Shown here: positions 38,221 to 46,469 of the stretch, piece after piece
How the letters are laid out: each line of letters begins with the position of its first letter
Position numbering within the stretch: the stretch's first letter is position 1
Assembly: GCA_012959665.1 (NCBI GenBank)
Contig: DUCT01000187.1
Coordinates: 27,598 to 74,066, forward strand
Length of the DNA stretch: 46,469 nucleotides
Origin: Myxococcales bacterium
GTDB taxonomy: Bacteria; Myxococcota_A; UBA9160; UBA4427
Reading direction: 5' to 3'
Made by a program: the position numbers and the translations under genes
The notes under the pieces: generated by a model
Database searches by the model: none
What the model was told of the DNA's origin: nothing
Seen by the model: the letters and a program-made list of their open reading frames with translations, nothing else

Positions 38221-39543
38221 TTAGAGCACCCGATCGAGGATTCGCTCGGGGTCGGTTTCGCCGGTTTCGTCCTGATGGGCTCGGCAGCGGGTCAGGAGTT
38301 CGGCGAACTGGGGTCCAGGCACGAAGCCGCGTTTCACCAGGTGCTTGCCTTGGACGATGTCCGGCTCGGCGGCTTGGGCCACCCCCAAGGCGCCGGCTTC
38401 CCGAAGGAAGCGGTCGCCATCGGGGAAGGCACGAGCCAGGGCCTCTTCGGTGGTGCGTCCGAGATGGTCGGCTCGGGCAACCCGGGCCAACAATTCCATG
38501 GAGAGGTGGGAGGCTTCCAACTTTCGCGCCAGGCGTCTGTAGCCCCGAGGTCCGGCGGAGTTCCGGGGGTAGAGGGCCGGGGCCAGGTGATGCTCGACGA
38601 GTCCCGCCACTTTGCCCACCAGCCGGTTGGGCGCCCGCATCCCTTCGAGGAAGGCCACTGCAGCTAGGATGCCCCGGGCCTCGTGCCCCTGGGCTTGAAC
38701 ACGATCCTCTTCGATCCGGGTTTGCTCGGGTTTGCCCATGTCATGGCAAAGGGCACCAAACATCAGGGGGAGGTCGTCTTCATCGCCTCGCCGCAGAGCC
38801 GCGGCTTCGTCCACCACCATCAGGGTGTGGACCCAGACATCGCCTTCGGGATGCCAGCGTGGATCCTGGGGGACGCCGCGCAGGGCGTCCAACTCGGGAA
38901 AGTGGCCCAGCAAGTTCGCCTCTTCGAGGAAGTGGAAGGCTGCCGATGGACGCGCTGCGTCGAGCAGGAGCTTGCGAAACTCGTCAAAGATGCGCTCTCG
39001 CGCCACGCCGGAGAGGTCCTGCTCGCCGCTCAAGGCGATCAATTCGGTATCGGGGTGCATGTCGAGCTGCGCCGTCAGCCGAGCGACGCGCAGGGCTCGC
39101 AGGGGATCGTCGCCGAAGCGAGTGGGATCTGTCGAGCGCAGCACTCCCGCCTCAAGATCCCGCCGACCGCCGTGGGGGTCAAGGATTTCGCCGGTCAGGG
39201 GATCCAAGGCCATGCTGTTGAGGGTGAGATCGCGTCGCCGAGCGGCGGTGGCGAAGTCGAGTTCCGGACTCTCCGCCACGGCGAAGTCGATATCGAGACC
39301 GGCCAGGCGCAGGGACTCAAAGCTTTGTCCCATCCGAATCGGGCGACCGAACTCAGCGAGGTGCTCGGTCAATTGATCGAGGTTGCAGCCGAGGACCTCG
39401 ACGTCTTGATCCCGAGCCGGGCGCCCCAACAACTGATCCCGGACCGAGCCGCCCACGATCAGCGCCCGTCCCCCGGCCTGGGCAATATGGCGCGCGATGG
39501 CCGCGATGGTGACTTCCGGTTGCTGGGATGAGCTAGAGGGCAC
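38221..39543 (-). CDS. Class II tRNA nucleotidyltransferase with HD domain
   Basis: VGGSVRD...DQDVE, RRDLTLNSMA, DPHGG..DL, DDPLRALR, ERIFDE, HPEGDVWVHT, LCHDMGK. Confidence 0.9.
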   Translation of the reverse strand: MPSSSSQQPEVTIAAIARHIAQAGGRALIVGGSVRDQLLGRPARDQDVEVLGCNLDQLTEHLAEFGRPIRMGQSFESLRLAGLDIDFAVAESPELDFATAARRRDLTLNSMALDPLTGEILDPHGGRRDLEAGVLRSTDPTRFGDDPLRALRVARLTAQLDMHPDTELIALSGEQDLSGVARERIFDEFRKLLLDAARPSAAFHFLEEANLLGHFPELDALRGVPQDPRWHPEGDVWVHTLMVVDEAAALRRGDEDDLPLMFGALCHDMGKPEQTRIEEDRVQAQGHEARGILAAVAFLEGMRAPNRLVGKVAGLVEHHLAPALYPRNSAGPRGYRRLARKLEASHLSMELLARVARADHLGRTTEEALARAFPDGDRFLREAGALGVAQAAEPDIVQGKHLVKRGFVPGPQFAELLTRCRAHQDETGETDPERILDRVL

Positions 39544-39649
39544 GGGGGAAAGCCTGGCACAGATGGACCGCGCGCCCCTCCTCGAGGAAGGCGGTCTGGG
39601 CTGGGGGCTGGGTCGGTTTTTTCACGCCCGTATCACCACGCCGCCCGGG

Positions 39650-40216
39650 TCACCGGGCCAGCATGACATAGAGGGCACCCCGCCCGCCGTGCCGGGGTTG
39701 AGCCGGGGCGCAGGCCGCCACGATCCTGCCCAGGGCCGGCTCCCTGAGCCAGTCGGCCAGGCCCTCGCGCAGGCGCGCCACGCCGTCCGGCGAATGGTGT
39801 CCCTTGCCGTGGACGATCAGCACGCAGGCCTCCCCGGCCTGTGCCGCCGCGGCCAACTCCGCGTGGACTCGTCGCCGGGCCGAGGCCAGGTCTGCGCCGT
39901 GGAGGTCGACTTTCCGGGTGCAGTCGAGATGGCCGCGTCGCAGTTGGTTGAATTCCCGTGCCCGCACCGATGAGCGCCGGCCGAGCAAGGGTTCGTCGGG
40001 GTTGGCAAATTGGAGTTCGGGCCCGGGGGCGCCGGAGCTTGGGCTCGAGGCGTCCCCGGCGGCGCTCGATTCGGGCCTCGGATTACCCGGGGCCTCGGGA
40101 GAGACTCGAGGGCCGGGCTCCAGGCGTTCGAGGTCCTCGATATTGTCGGCGAGATCGGAAAAGGAGCGCGCGTCATCGGGAGAGTCCGTATCGTTTTTTT
40201 TCCCGCCCGTCATCAT
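39650..40216 (-). CDS. Smr domain protein (SmrA/SmrB-like endonuclease)
   Basis: LRRG, VDLHG, LIVHGKG.HS, L..WL, HGGRGALYVML; ATGA overlap with the mutY stop. Confidence 0.88.
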   Translation of the reverse strand: MMTGGKKNDTDSPDDARSFSDLADNIEDLERLEPGPRVSPEAPGNPRPESSAAGDASSPSSGAPGPELQFANPDEPLLGRRSSVRAREFNQLRRGHLDCTRKVDLHGADLASARRRVHAELAAAAQAGEACVLIVHGKGHHSPDGVARLREGLADWLREPALGRIVAACAPAQPRHGGRGALYVMLAR

Positions 40217-41373
40217 TCGGATTGCGCCGAGGAGGTCTGGCGGAGCCGGGCGCGGTGGGGCCGGGGGCTGGCTTGGCCGAGCAGCGCCAGAGCCTTCCGG
40301 GTGGGACCGCCGTGGGGTAGGTCGGCGAGGCCCGAGGGCGCGAGCCAACGGTGGGCCTCGAAGCCTTTTCGATTGACTCGGCCTGCGGACTCAGCGACGC
40401 GAAAAACGTGCAGGCGCAATCGCCGATGACTGAAGAGGTGCTCCACGGTTCCCGCGGTCTCGAGCCCGGTCACCTCCAAGCCCAGGGTTTCGGCCAGGCA
40501 CCGACGGAGACCGGCCTCGGGGGTTTCCCCCGGCTGCAAATCGCCACCGGGGAGTTCCCAGAGTCCGCCGAGCAAGCCACCCTCGGGTCGTTGCACGCCG
40601 AGGACCCGCCCTCGGCGTTCGATCCACGCCGCGGTGGCCTCCACCCGGCGCACGGGGGTGCGCTTTTTCTTGATGGGCAGGCTTGCGGGATCTCCCTGGG
40701 CCCGAGCGACGCAGGGCGACTCCAGGGGGCATCCTTCACAGGCGGGGTTGCGCGGCGTACAGACCGTGGCACCGAGTTCCATGAGGGCCTGGTTGAGATC
40801 GCCGGGACGGGGACCGGCGACCAGTTCGCTGGCCAAGCTCCAGAAGCGACCGATTACCTTGCTCTCGCCCACGTCTTCGCGAATGCCGACCAGTCGCGCG
40901 AGGACTCGAATCACATTGCCATCGACGATCGGTTCCTCGCGGTCGAAGGCGATGGAGGCGAGGGCGCCCGCGGTGTAGCGCCCGATTCCCTTGAGTTCGC
41001 GCAACGACTCGGCTCGGTCGGGCAGCGCCCCACCCCAATCCGCCACGACGCTCTGGGCCGCGCTGTGGAGATTGCGGGCCCGGGAGTAGTAACCGAGTCC
41101 GGTCCACAGGGTGTAGACGCTTTCGAGGTCGGCGCGTGCCAGGCTCGCCAGATCGGGGAAGTGTTCGAGGAACCGCGTGTAATAGGGAATCACGGTATCG
41201 ACCCGGGTTTGCTGGAGCATGGTCTCCGAAACCCAGATCGCGTAGGGGTCCCGGGTCCGGCGCCAGGGCAAATCCCGGGCGTTGGCGTCGTACCAGGCCA
41301 GCAGGGTCGCGCGCACGCGACCGATGTGGGTCGGGGTCTCTGGCTTTTTTTTCTGTTGCGGCTTAGCGCTCAT
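40213..41373 (-). CDS. mutY: A/G-specific adenine glycosylase
   Basis: RDLPWR, WVSETMLQQT, WTGLGYYSRARNL, HhH LKGIGRYTA, VDGNVIRV, Fe-S motif C..RNP.C..CPL...C, NUDIX-like C-terminus; alternative start 41403. Confidence 0.96.
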   Translation of the reverse strand: MSAKPQQKKKPETPTHIGRVRATLLAWYDANARDLPWRRTRDPYAIWVSETMLQQTRVDTVIPYYTRFLEHFPDLASLARADLESVYTLWTGLGYYSRARNLHSAAQSVVADWGGALPDRAESLRELKGIGRYTAGALASIAFDREEPIVDGNVIRVLARLVGIREDVGESKVIGRFWSLASELVAGPRPGDLNQALMELGATVCTPRNPACEGCPLESPCVARAQGDPASLPIKKKRTPVRRVEATAAWIERRGRVLGVQRPEGGLLGGLWELPGGDLQPGETPEAGLRRCLAETLGLEVTGLETAGTVEHLFSHRRLRLHVFRVAESAGRVNRKGFEAHRWLAPSGLADLPHGGPTRKALALLGQASPRPHRARLRQTSSAQSE

Positions 41374-41404
41374 GGGGTTTCCTGGGACCCGGTGGGTTTG
41401 CATG

Positions 41405-42157
41405 TCATACCACGACCGGCAGGGCTTTCTCCAGCAGGATTTCGTGGGCCTTGACCCGGGCCCGAACGGCACGGATTTCAACGCCCCGGTTCGCCGCCGA
41501 GCGCAGCGCCTCCGCATATGCGGGATCGATTTCCTCGGCGCATTCTACTCGCTGGCAGTCCCCGCGCTGGACAACGAAGAGCAGAATGGCGCGGTGGCCC
41601 TGGGCCCTCAGAGCCTCGAGGGTTTCCATGTGTCGCCGCCCCCGGGTGGTGACGGAATCGGGGAAGCGGGCGGTGTCGCCCCGGGCCAGGGTGACGCTCT
41701 TGACTTCAAGCCAGGCGGGCCGGGGGTCGTCGGGGTGTTCGGTCAGGCCGAAATCCAGGCGAGACCCGCCCGGAACCGGGACCTCGGGCCGTATAGAGGG
41801 ATAGCCCTGTACGCCGGGCAGCCGATCCGCAGCCAGGGCTCGGGCGACCAATTGGTTGGCTCGCAGGGTGTGTACCCCCACCCAGATCCGGCCCACCCGA
41901 ACCATCTCGAGGGTATGCGGCAGTTTTCGCTTTGGGTTATCGCTGGTGGAGCAGCGGACTTGGGCGCCGGGCCGGTCGGTGCCCGTCATGGCGCCCGGAT
42001 TCGGGCAGTGAACCGTCAGCATTTCCCCGGATTCGGTTTCGATGTCGGCGAGGAAGCGCTTGTAGCGACGCACCAGTCGGCCTCGAATCAGCGCGGGGAC
42101 CGGCAGCCTCAGGATTGGGGGGGCTTGAGCCGTACGTTGATATGGCTTCGCACCCAT
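41405..42157 (-). CDS. sfsA: DNA/RNA nuclease SfsA
   Basis: RRYKRFLAD, HCPNPG.M, SRLDF, EVKSVTL, FPDSVTTRG.RH, IDPAYA; start uncertain. Confidence 0.93.
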   Translation of the reverse strand: MGAKPYQRTAQAPPILRLPVPALIRGRLVRRYKRFLADIETESGEMLTVHCPNPGAMTGTDRPGAQVRCSTSDNPKRKLPHTLEMVRVGRIWVGVHTLRANQLVARALAADRLPGVQGYPSIRPEVPVPGGSRLDFGLTEHPDDPRPAWLEVKSVTLARGDTARFPDSVTTRGRRHMETLEALRAQGHRAILLFVVQRGDCQRVECAEEIDPAYAEALRSAANRGVEIRAVRARVKAHEILLEKALPVVV

Positions 42158-43464
42158 TTCGGATCCCACCACTCCAAGGGGTTCACGTAGGTCTCGCCGA
42201 CGAGAACCGCAAAATGCAGATGATCGCCTTTCGCCAGGCCCGTTGCCCCCGAGAGGCCGAGAACGGCGCCGCTCTCGACGTCGTCCCCTGGCCCCACCCC
42301 GATTTCGGACAGGTGGGCATAGAGGGACGAGAGGCCGAGACCGTGGTCGATCAAGATGCACCGGCCGTAGATGCCCAAGTCCTGGGCGAAGACCACCCGC
42401 CCCGCCGCTGCTGCGGTGACGGGTGCGTGGGCGGTGGAAGCCAGATCGAAACCGTAGTGCCGTGCCTGGGAGACGGGTTGGCCCGCGAGTCGGTAGCTGC
42501 GCAGTTCGGCGAACCGGCTCATGACCGCCGAGCCGGGGAGCTGACGGAATGCGCCCGCCCACCGCCGTTGCTCAAGGGGTGCATTGGCGAGTTCTTCCCG
42601 GATGGTTGCCTCGTTGCGCGCACGTAGGGTTTCGTTGACCGCTTGGAAGATTTCACTCGGGCTGCCCAGGGGCAGGCCAGCGCTTTGGGCCAGGGGCGCG
42701 GCGACACGCTCCACGAAGGTTTCGTCAATTTCGATTTCGCTTTGCTGAAAGATCCGCTTTTGAACCCGTGCGGGAAAGCGAACCGAGCCCTCGTTTTGGG
42801 CATGGTCCGTGGCCACGACCCGGATGGAGGGCTGATCGGCGGCTTCCACGGGAACCGCAAAGAGCGCGATGCGAAGGCCCTCCTCGCCGCTGGGATGGGG
42901 GAAGCCGGAATAGAAGATGTCGTCCACGCGCACCCCGTCCTGGGCGGTGCTTTCGCCCAGGCGGTAGACGGCCGCGGCCGCCCCGCCCCGTTGCAAATAG
43001 GTGAGTCCGCTCACCATCTGTACTTTCGGGGGCCGAGTATCAATGAGTACCGGAATGCTGAGCTCGGTTCGGTTGCCTCCGAATCCGTCGCGCCAGGACC
43101 AATCCCGGGCGCTGATTACGAGGGTTGCGGTGCCGTCGGGAACTCGAAGCTCGGCAGGATCCAAGTGGAGTTCCAAACGCCTGCTCGGGCTAGCCGAGTC
43201 CGCTCCGGTGAGCAGGTCGCCGGGAAAGTTCTCTTCGGCCAGGGTTCGGGAGCCGGCTTGATCGAGTAGTCGGATGTGCAGGCTACGCGGCCCGGAATCG
43301 GAATCTTCCACTTCGATGACGAAGTCAAAGCCTCCGGGGCCGAGGACAATCGTTTCATCCGTCACGAGTACTGGGGCCGAACCTTCGAAACGCTGGGCCG
43401 CAAGGACACCGAGGCCCGCCAACAAGACGAGGACGGCGAGAAATATCCAGACCCCTCGCTTCAT
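42109..43464 (-). CDS. M23 family metallopeptidase with N-terminal membrane anchor
   Basis: Hydrophobic N-terminus; HYGFD (HxxxD), YG..ILIDHGLG..SLYAHLS, G.TGLA.GDHLHF, VNPLEW. Confidence 0.92.
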   Translation of the reverse strand: MKRGVWIFLAVLVLLAGLGVLAAQRFEGSAPVLVTDETIVLGPGGFDFVIEVEDSDSGPRSLHIRLLDQAGSRTLAEENFPGDLLTGADSASPSRRLELHLDPAELRVPDGTATLVISARDWSWRDGFGGNRTELSIPVLIDTRPPKVQMVSGLTYLQRGGAAAAVYRLGESTAQDGVRVDDIFYSGFPHPSGEEGLRIALFAVPVEAADQPSIRVVATDHAQNEGSVRFPARVQKRIFQQSEIEIDETFVERVAAPLAQSAGLPLGSPSEIFQAVNETLRARNEATIREELANAPLEQRRWAGAFRQLPGSAVMSRFAELRSYRLAGQPVSQARHYGFDLASTAHAPVTAAAAGRVVFAQDLGIYGRCILIDHGLGLSSLYAHLSEIGVGPGDDVESGAVLGLSGATGLAKGDHLHFAVLVGETYVNPLEWWDPKWVRSHINVRLKPPQS

Positions 43465-43565
43465 GCTCGCCTCCCCCCATTGGACTCGATGCGCAGTCTA
43501 ACAGATGGTCCCGAGATTGACGGGGAGGGGGGTCTTTCCGATGCTCAATCGTGGAGGGAAGACGC

Positions 43566-44144
43566 ATGAAAGAACCGGTTCGGCTCGCATTGGTTCGCCA
43601 CGGCGAAACCGTGGGGAGTTCGAGTATCCGCTACCACGGGATTACCGATGTGGTTTTGTCGAGCCTGGGCCGCGCCCAAGCCCACGAAGCCCGAACCCTT
43701 TTGGGGAAAACCGAGTTTGACCGAGTGGTGGCGAGTTCCCTGACCCGGGCATGGCAGACGGCCACGGTTCTTGCGCCCGAGCAGCCAATTCTTCTGGAGG
43801 AGGATTTGCGCGAGGTGGATTTCGGAAATTGGGAAGGCCTAACCCGGGAGGAGATCGCCGCGCGCGACCCGGTGCTCTACGCCGAATGGCAGCGAAGTTT
43901 GCAGGCGTTCAACTACCCGGGCGGCGAGGCCCGGACGGATTTCCGATCCCGCATCGAGGCTGCTCTGCAGCGATTGCTGATCATGGAGGCGAGTTCGTTG
44001 CTGCTGGTCGCCCACAAGGGCGTGATTCGAGTTCTGGCCCAAGCGTTGCTGGGCCGAGACCTTCCGCCGGGCCAACCGGAACTCGGCGGTGTTCTCCAAC
44101 TGGAGCGAGTTCCGGGCGGCCCCTGGCGGGAAATTGCCGATTAG
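43566..44144 (+). CDS. Histidine phosphatase family protein (CobC/GpmB-like)
   Basis: [37 protein letters not shown]. Confidence 0.9.
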   Translation: MKEPVRLALVRHGETVGSSSIRYHGITDVVLSSLGRAQAHEARTLLGKTEFDRVVASSLTRAWQTATVLAPEQPILLEEDLREVDFGNWEGLTREEIAARDPVLYAEWQRSLQAFNYPGGEARTDFRSRIEAALQRLLIMEASSLLLVAHKGVIRVLAQALLGRDLPPGQPELGGVLQLERVPGGPWREIAD

Positions 44145-46096
44145 TTCTCGTCGGATTCCTTGAGCGACGCGATCACGCTGAAATCCTCCAGTGTGCTCGT
44201 GTCCCCGGCGATCTCCTGGCCCGAGGCAATATCCCGCAGCAGACGCCGCATGATCTTGCCCGAGCGGGTCTTGGGCAGGGCATTGGTGAAGCGAATGTCG
44301 GCGGGCCGGGCGATGGCGCCGATCTCCTTGGTGACGTGGGCCTTGAGGGCGGTGACGAAAGGAGGCCCGGGTTTGATCCCACCCCGGGGCGTCACGAAGG
44401 CCACAATGGCGGTCCCCGTGATTTCGTCGGGTCGACCCACTACGGCGGATTCCGCCACATCCTTGTGGGAGACCAGCGCGCTCTCCACCTCCATGGTTCC
44501 GATACGGTGCCCGGAGATATTCATGACGTCATCGATGCGCCCCATGATCCAGAAGTAGCCCTGGCGGTCGCGATGGGCGCCATCGCCAGGGAAATAGGTG
44601 TTCTTCCACGTGCTCCAGTAGACCTCCTTGAAGCGAGCCTTGTCGCCCCAGATACCGCGAAGCATGCCCGGCCACGGCTTTCGCACGGCGAGCAGGCCGC
44701 CATTGGGGGGAGAGACTTCGTTCCCGTCTTCGTCGAGAATCGCGGCATCGATACCGGGTAGGGGCAAGGTGGCTGAGCCCGGCTTGGTGGAGACGGCTCC
44801 GGGCAGGGACGAGATCATGATCCCCCCGGTTTCGGTCTGCCACCAGGTATCCACGATGGGGCAGCGCTTCCCGCCGATGACATCGCGGTACCAAATCCAG
44901 GCCTCGGGGTTGATGGGCTCGCCCACGGATCCCAGGAGCCGGAGGGAGGAAAGGTCATGGCTCTTGGGGAGATGATCGCCCAGGCGGATGAAGGTCCGGA
45001 TTGCCGTGGGGGCCGTGTACAGAATCGTGACCCCCCACTTGGCGATCAGCGACCACCAACGGTCCGGTCCCGGATGGGTGGGGACACCTTCGTACATGAC
45101 GGTGGTGGCTCCGCAGGCCAAGGGGCCATAGACCACGTAGGAGTGCCCGGTGATCCAGCCGACATCGGCGGTGCACCAGTAGACGTCGGTTTCCTTGAGG
45201 TCGAAGACGGCCTTGGTCGTCGTCGCCACATGGGTGAGGTAGCCGCCGGTGGTATGCAATATGCCCTTGGGCTTGCCGGTGGTTCCGCTCGTGTAGAGAA
45301 TGAAGAGGGGATGCTCGGCGTCGAGTTTTGCCGGGGCGCAAACCGGAGAGGCCTTTTCGATTTCCTCGTGGTACCAGCAGTCCCGGCCGCGTTTCATGGT
45401 GACCTTCTGGCTCGTTCGTTCGACCACCACCACGGTTTCCACGCTGGGCGAGCGCTTGACCGCGGCATCGACCTGGGCCTTGAGCCCGAAGGCCTCGCCC
45501 TTGCGGTAGCCGCCGTCGGAAGTGACTACGAGCTTGGCCCCGACATCCACGATCCGGTCGCGTAGAGCCTCGGCGGAGAAACCCCCGAACACGATACTGT
45601 GGGCCGCGCCGATTCGGGTGCAGGCCAGCATGGCCACCGCAGCTTCGGGGATCATCGGCATGTAGAGGACCACGCGATCCTTCCGGGTGACCCCTTTGCT
45701 CTTCAGCACGTTGGCAAAGCGACAGACCTCACGGTGCAACTGGGCGTAGGTGATGACCCGGGTGTCACCGGGTTCCCCCTCCCAGATGATGGCCGCCTTG
45801 TTTCGTCGCCACGCGTTGTCGCCCTCGAGGTGCCGATCGAGGCAGTTGTAGCTGACATTCGTTTTTGCGCCGACAAACCATTTCGCGTAGGGGGGTTTCC
45901 AGTCGAGGACTTTCTTCCAGGGAGAGAACCAGCTGACGTTCTCTTTGGCCATTCGGGCCCAGAAACGTTCGAAGTTCTTTTCACCCAGCTTGCGGTACTC
46001 GGCCACGGTTTTTTTGTTCCAGTGGGCCGCGCGGGAAAATTCCGGATCGGGCTTGAACGTCCTGGACTCTTTGAGGAGGGATTTTATGTCGGCCAT
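44141..46096 (-). CDS. acs: Acetyl-CoA synthetase
   Basis: [68 protein letters not shown]. Confidence 0.97.
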   Translation of the reverse strand: MADIKSLLKESRTFKPDPEFSRAAHWNKKTVAEYRKLGEKNFERFWARMAKENVSWFSPWKKVLDWKPPYAKWFVGAKTNVSYNCLDRHLEGDNAWRRNKAAIIWEGEPGDTRVITYAQLHREVCRFANVLKSKGVTRKDRVVLYMPMIPEAAVAMLACTRIGAAHSIVFGGFSAEALRDRIVDVGAKLVVTSDGGYRKGEAFGLKAQVDAAVKRSPSVETVVVVERTSQKVTMKRGRDCWYHEEIEKASPVCAPAKLDAEHPLFILYTSGTTGKPKGILHTTGGYLTHVATTTKAVFDLKETDVYWCTADVGWITGHSYVVYGPLACGATTVMYEGVPTHPGPDRWWSLIAKWGVTILYTAPTAIRTFIRLGDHLPKSHDLSSLRLLGSVGEPINPEAWIWYRDVIGGKRCPIVDTWWQTETGGIMISSLPGAVSTKPGSATLPLPGIDAAILDEDGNEVSPPNGGLLAVRKPWPGMLRGIWGDKARFKEVYWSTWKNTYFPGDGAHRDRQGYFWIMGRIDDVMNISGHRIGTMEVESALVSHKDVAESAVVGRPDEITGTAIVAFVTPRGGIKPGPPFVTALKAHVTKEIGAIARPADIRFTNALPKTRSGKIMRRLLRDIASGQEIAGDTSTLEDFSVIASLKESDEN

Positions 46097-46158
46097 GGCG
46101 CAGGAACTCCTTCGATGAATTCACGAGATGCGTTGCGAGGGGTCTCCCAAGGCAAGGG

Positions 46159-46469
46159 TTACCGGGAGTCGTTCACCCAGGCTTCGACTTCCGCTGTGGT
46201 CTTGGGAATGGCTTCGGTCAGATTTTCGTTTCCGTCGGGAGTAATGACCACGTCGTCCTCGATCCGAACGCCCATGCCCCGAAAGGCTTCGGGCGCTTCC
46301 AGGTCGTCCTTCGCGATATACAGCCCGGGTTCGACGGTGAAGACCATGCCGGGCTCAAGACTGCGCGGCTTGTCGGCCTCGGCATAGCGGCCCACGTCGT
46401 GGACATCGAGGCCAAGCCAGTGGCTTGTTCCGTGCATGTAATAGCGCCGGTGGGCTTCGGATTCGATCA
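46159..46469 (-). CDS. pepP: Xaa-Pro aminopeptidase, C-terminal part (5' end outside the window)
   Basis: HGTSHWLGLDVHD, PGMVFTVEPGLY, GVRIEDDVV. Confidence 0.9.
   Translation of the reverse strand, partial: IESEAHRRYYMHGTSHWLGLDVHDVGRYAEADKPRSLEPGMVFTVEPGLYIAKDDLEAPEAFRGMGVRIEDDVVITPDGNENLTEAIPKTTAEVEAWVNDSR

Overview
High-GC bacterial chromosomal segment made mostly of housekeeping genes. Gene content and order suggest Myxococcota/deltaproteobacterial origin (inference, not tested). Clusters seen: rne-rplU-rpmA-obgE-proB-nadD-rsfS (minus); selA, MinD/FlhG-like ATPase, J-like/HTH protein, rluD, pgeF, rho, prfA, prmC, hisB, hisH, hisF (plus); rpsU-dnaG-rpoD; an FAD oxidoreductase; tRNA(CAT), probably Ile2; glcDEF; cimA with two uncharacterised lipoproteins; a second RluA, an O-methyltransferase and a SET protein; M23 peptidase-sfsA-mutY-smr-tRNA nucleotidyltransferase; acs; partial pepP. 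No transposase, integrase, phage gene, reverse transcriptase or CRISPR array was found. The most unusual signals are: (1) several spacer-less 14/15-bp tandem arrays whose units drift along the array, most with palindromic cores, placed just after stop codons, with one translated in frame in the RNase E tail; (2) hairpin-dense non-coding regions upstream of rne and rpsU; (3) an orphan MinD/FlhG-type ATPase paired with an HPD-less J-domain/RodZ-like HTH protein; (4) a tRNA nucleotidyltransferase with the loop deletion typical of CC-adding enzymes; (5) an RpoD lacking a recognisable region 1.1. All calls come from motif recognition by eye; no searches were run.
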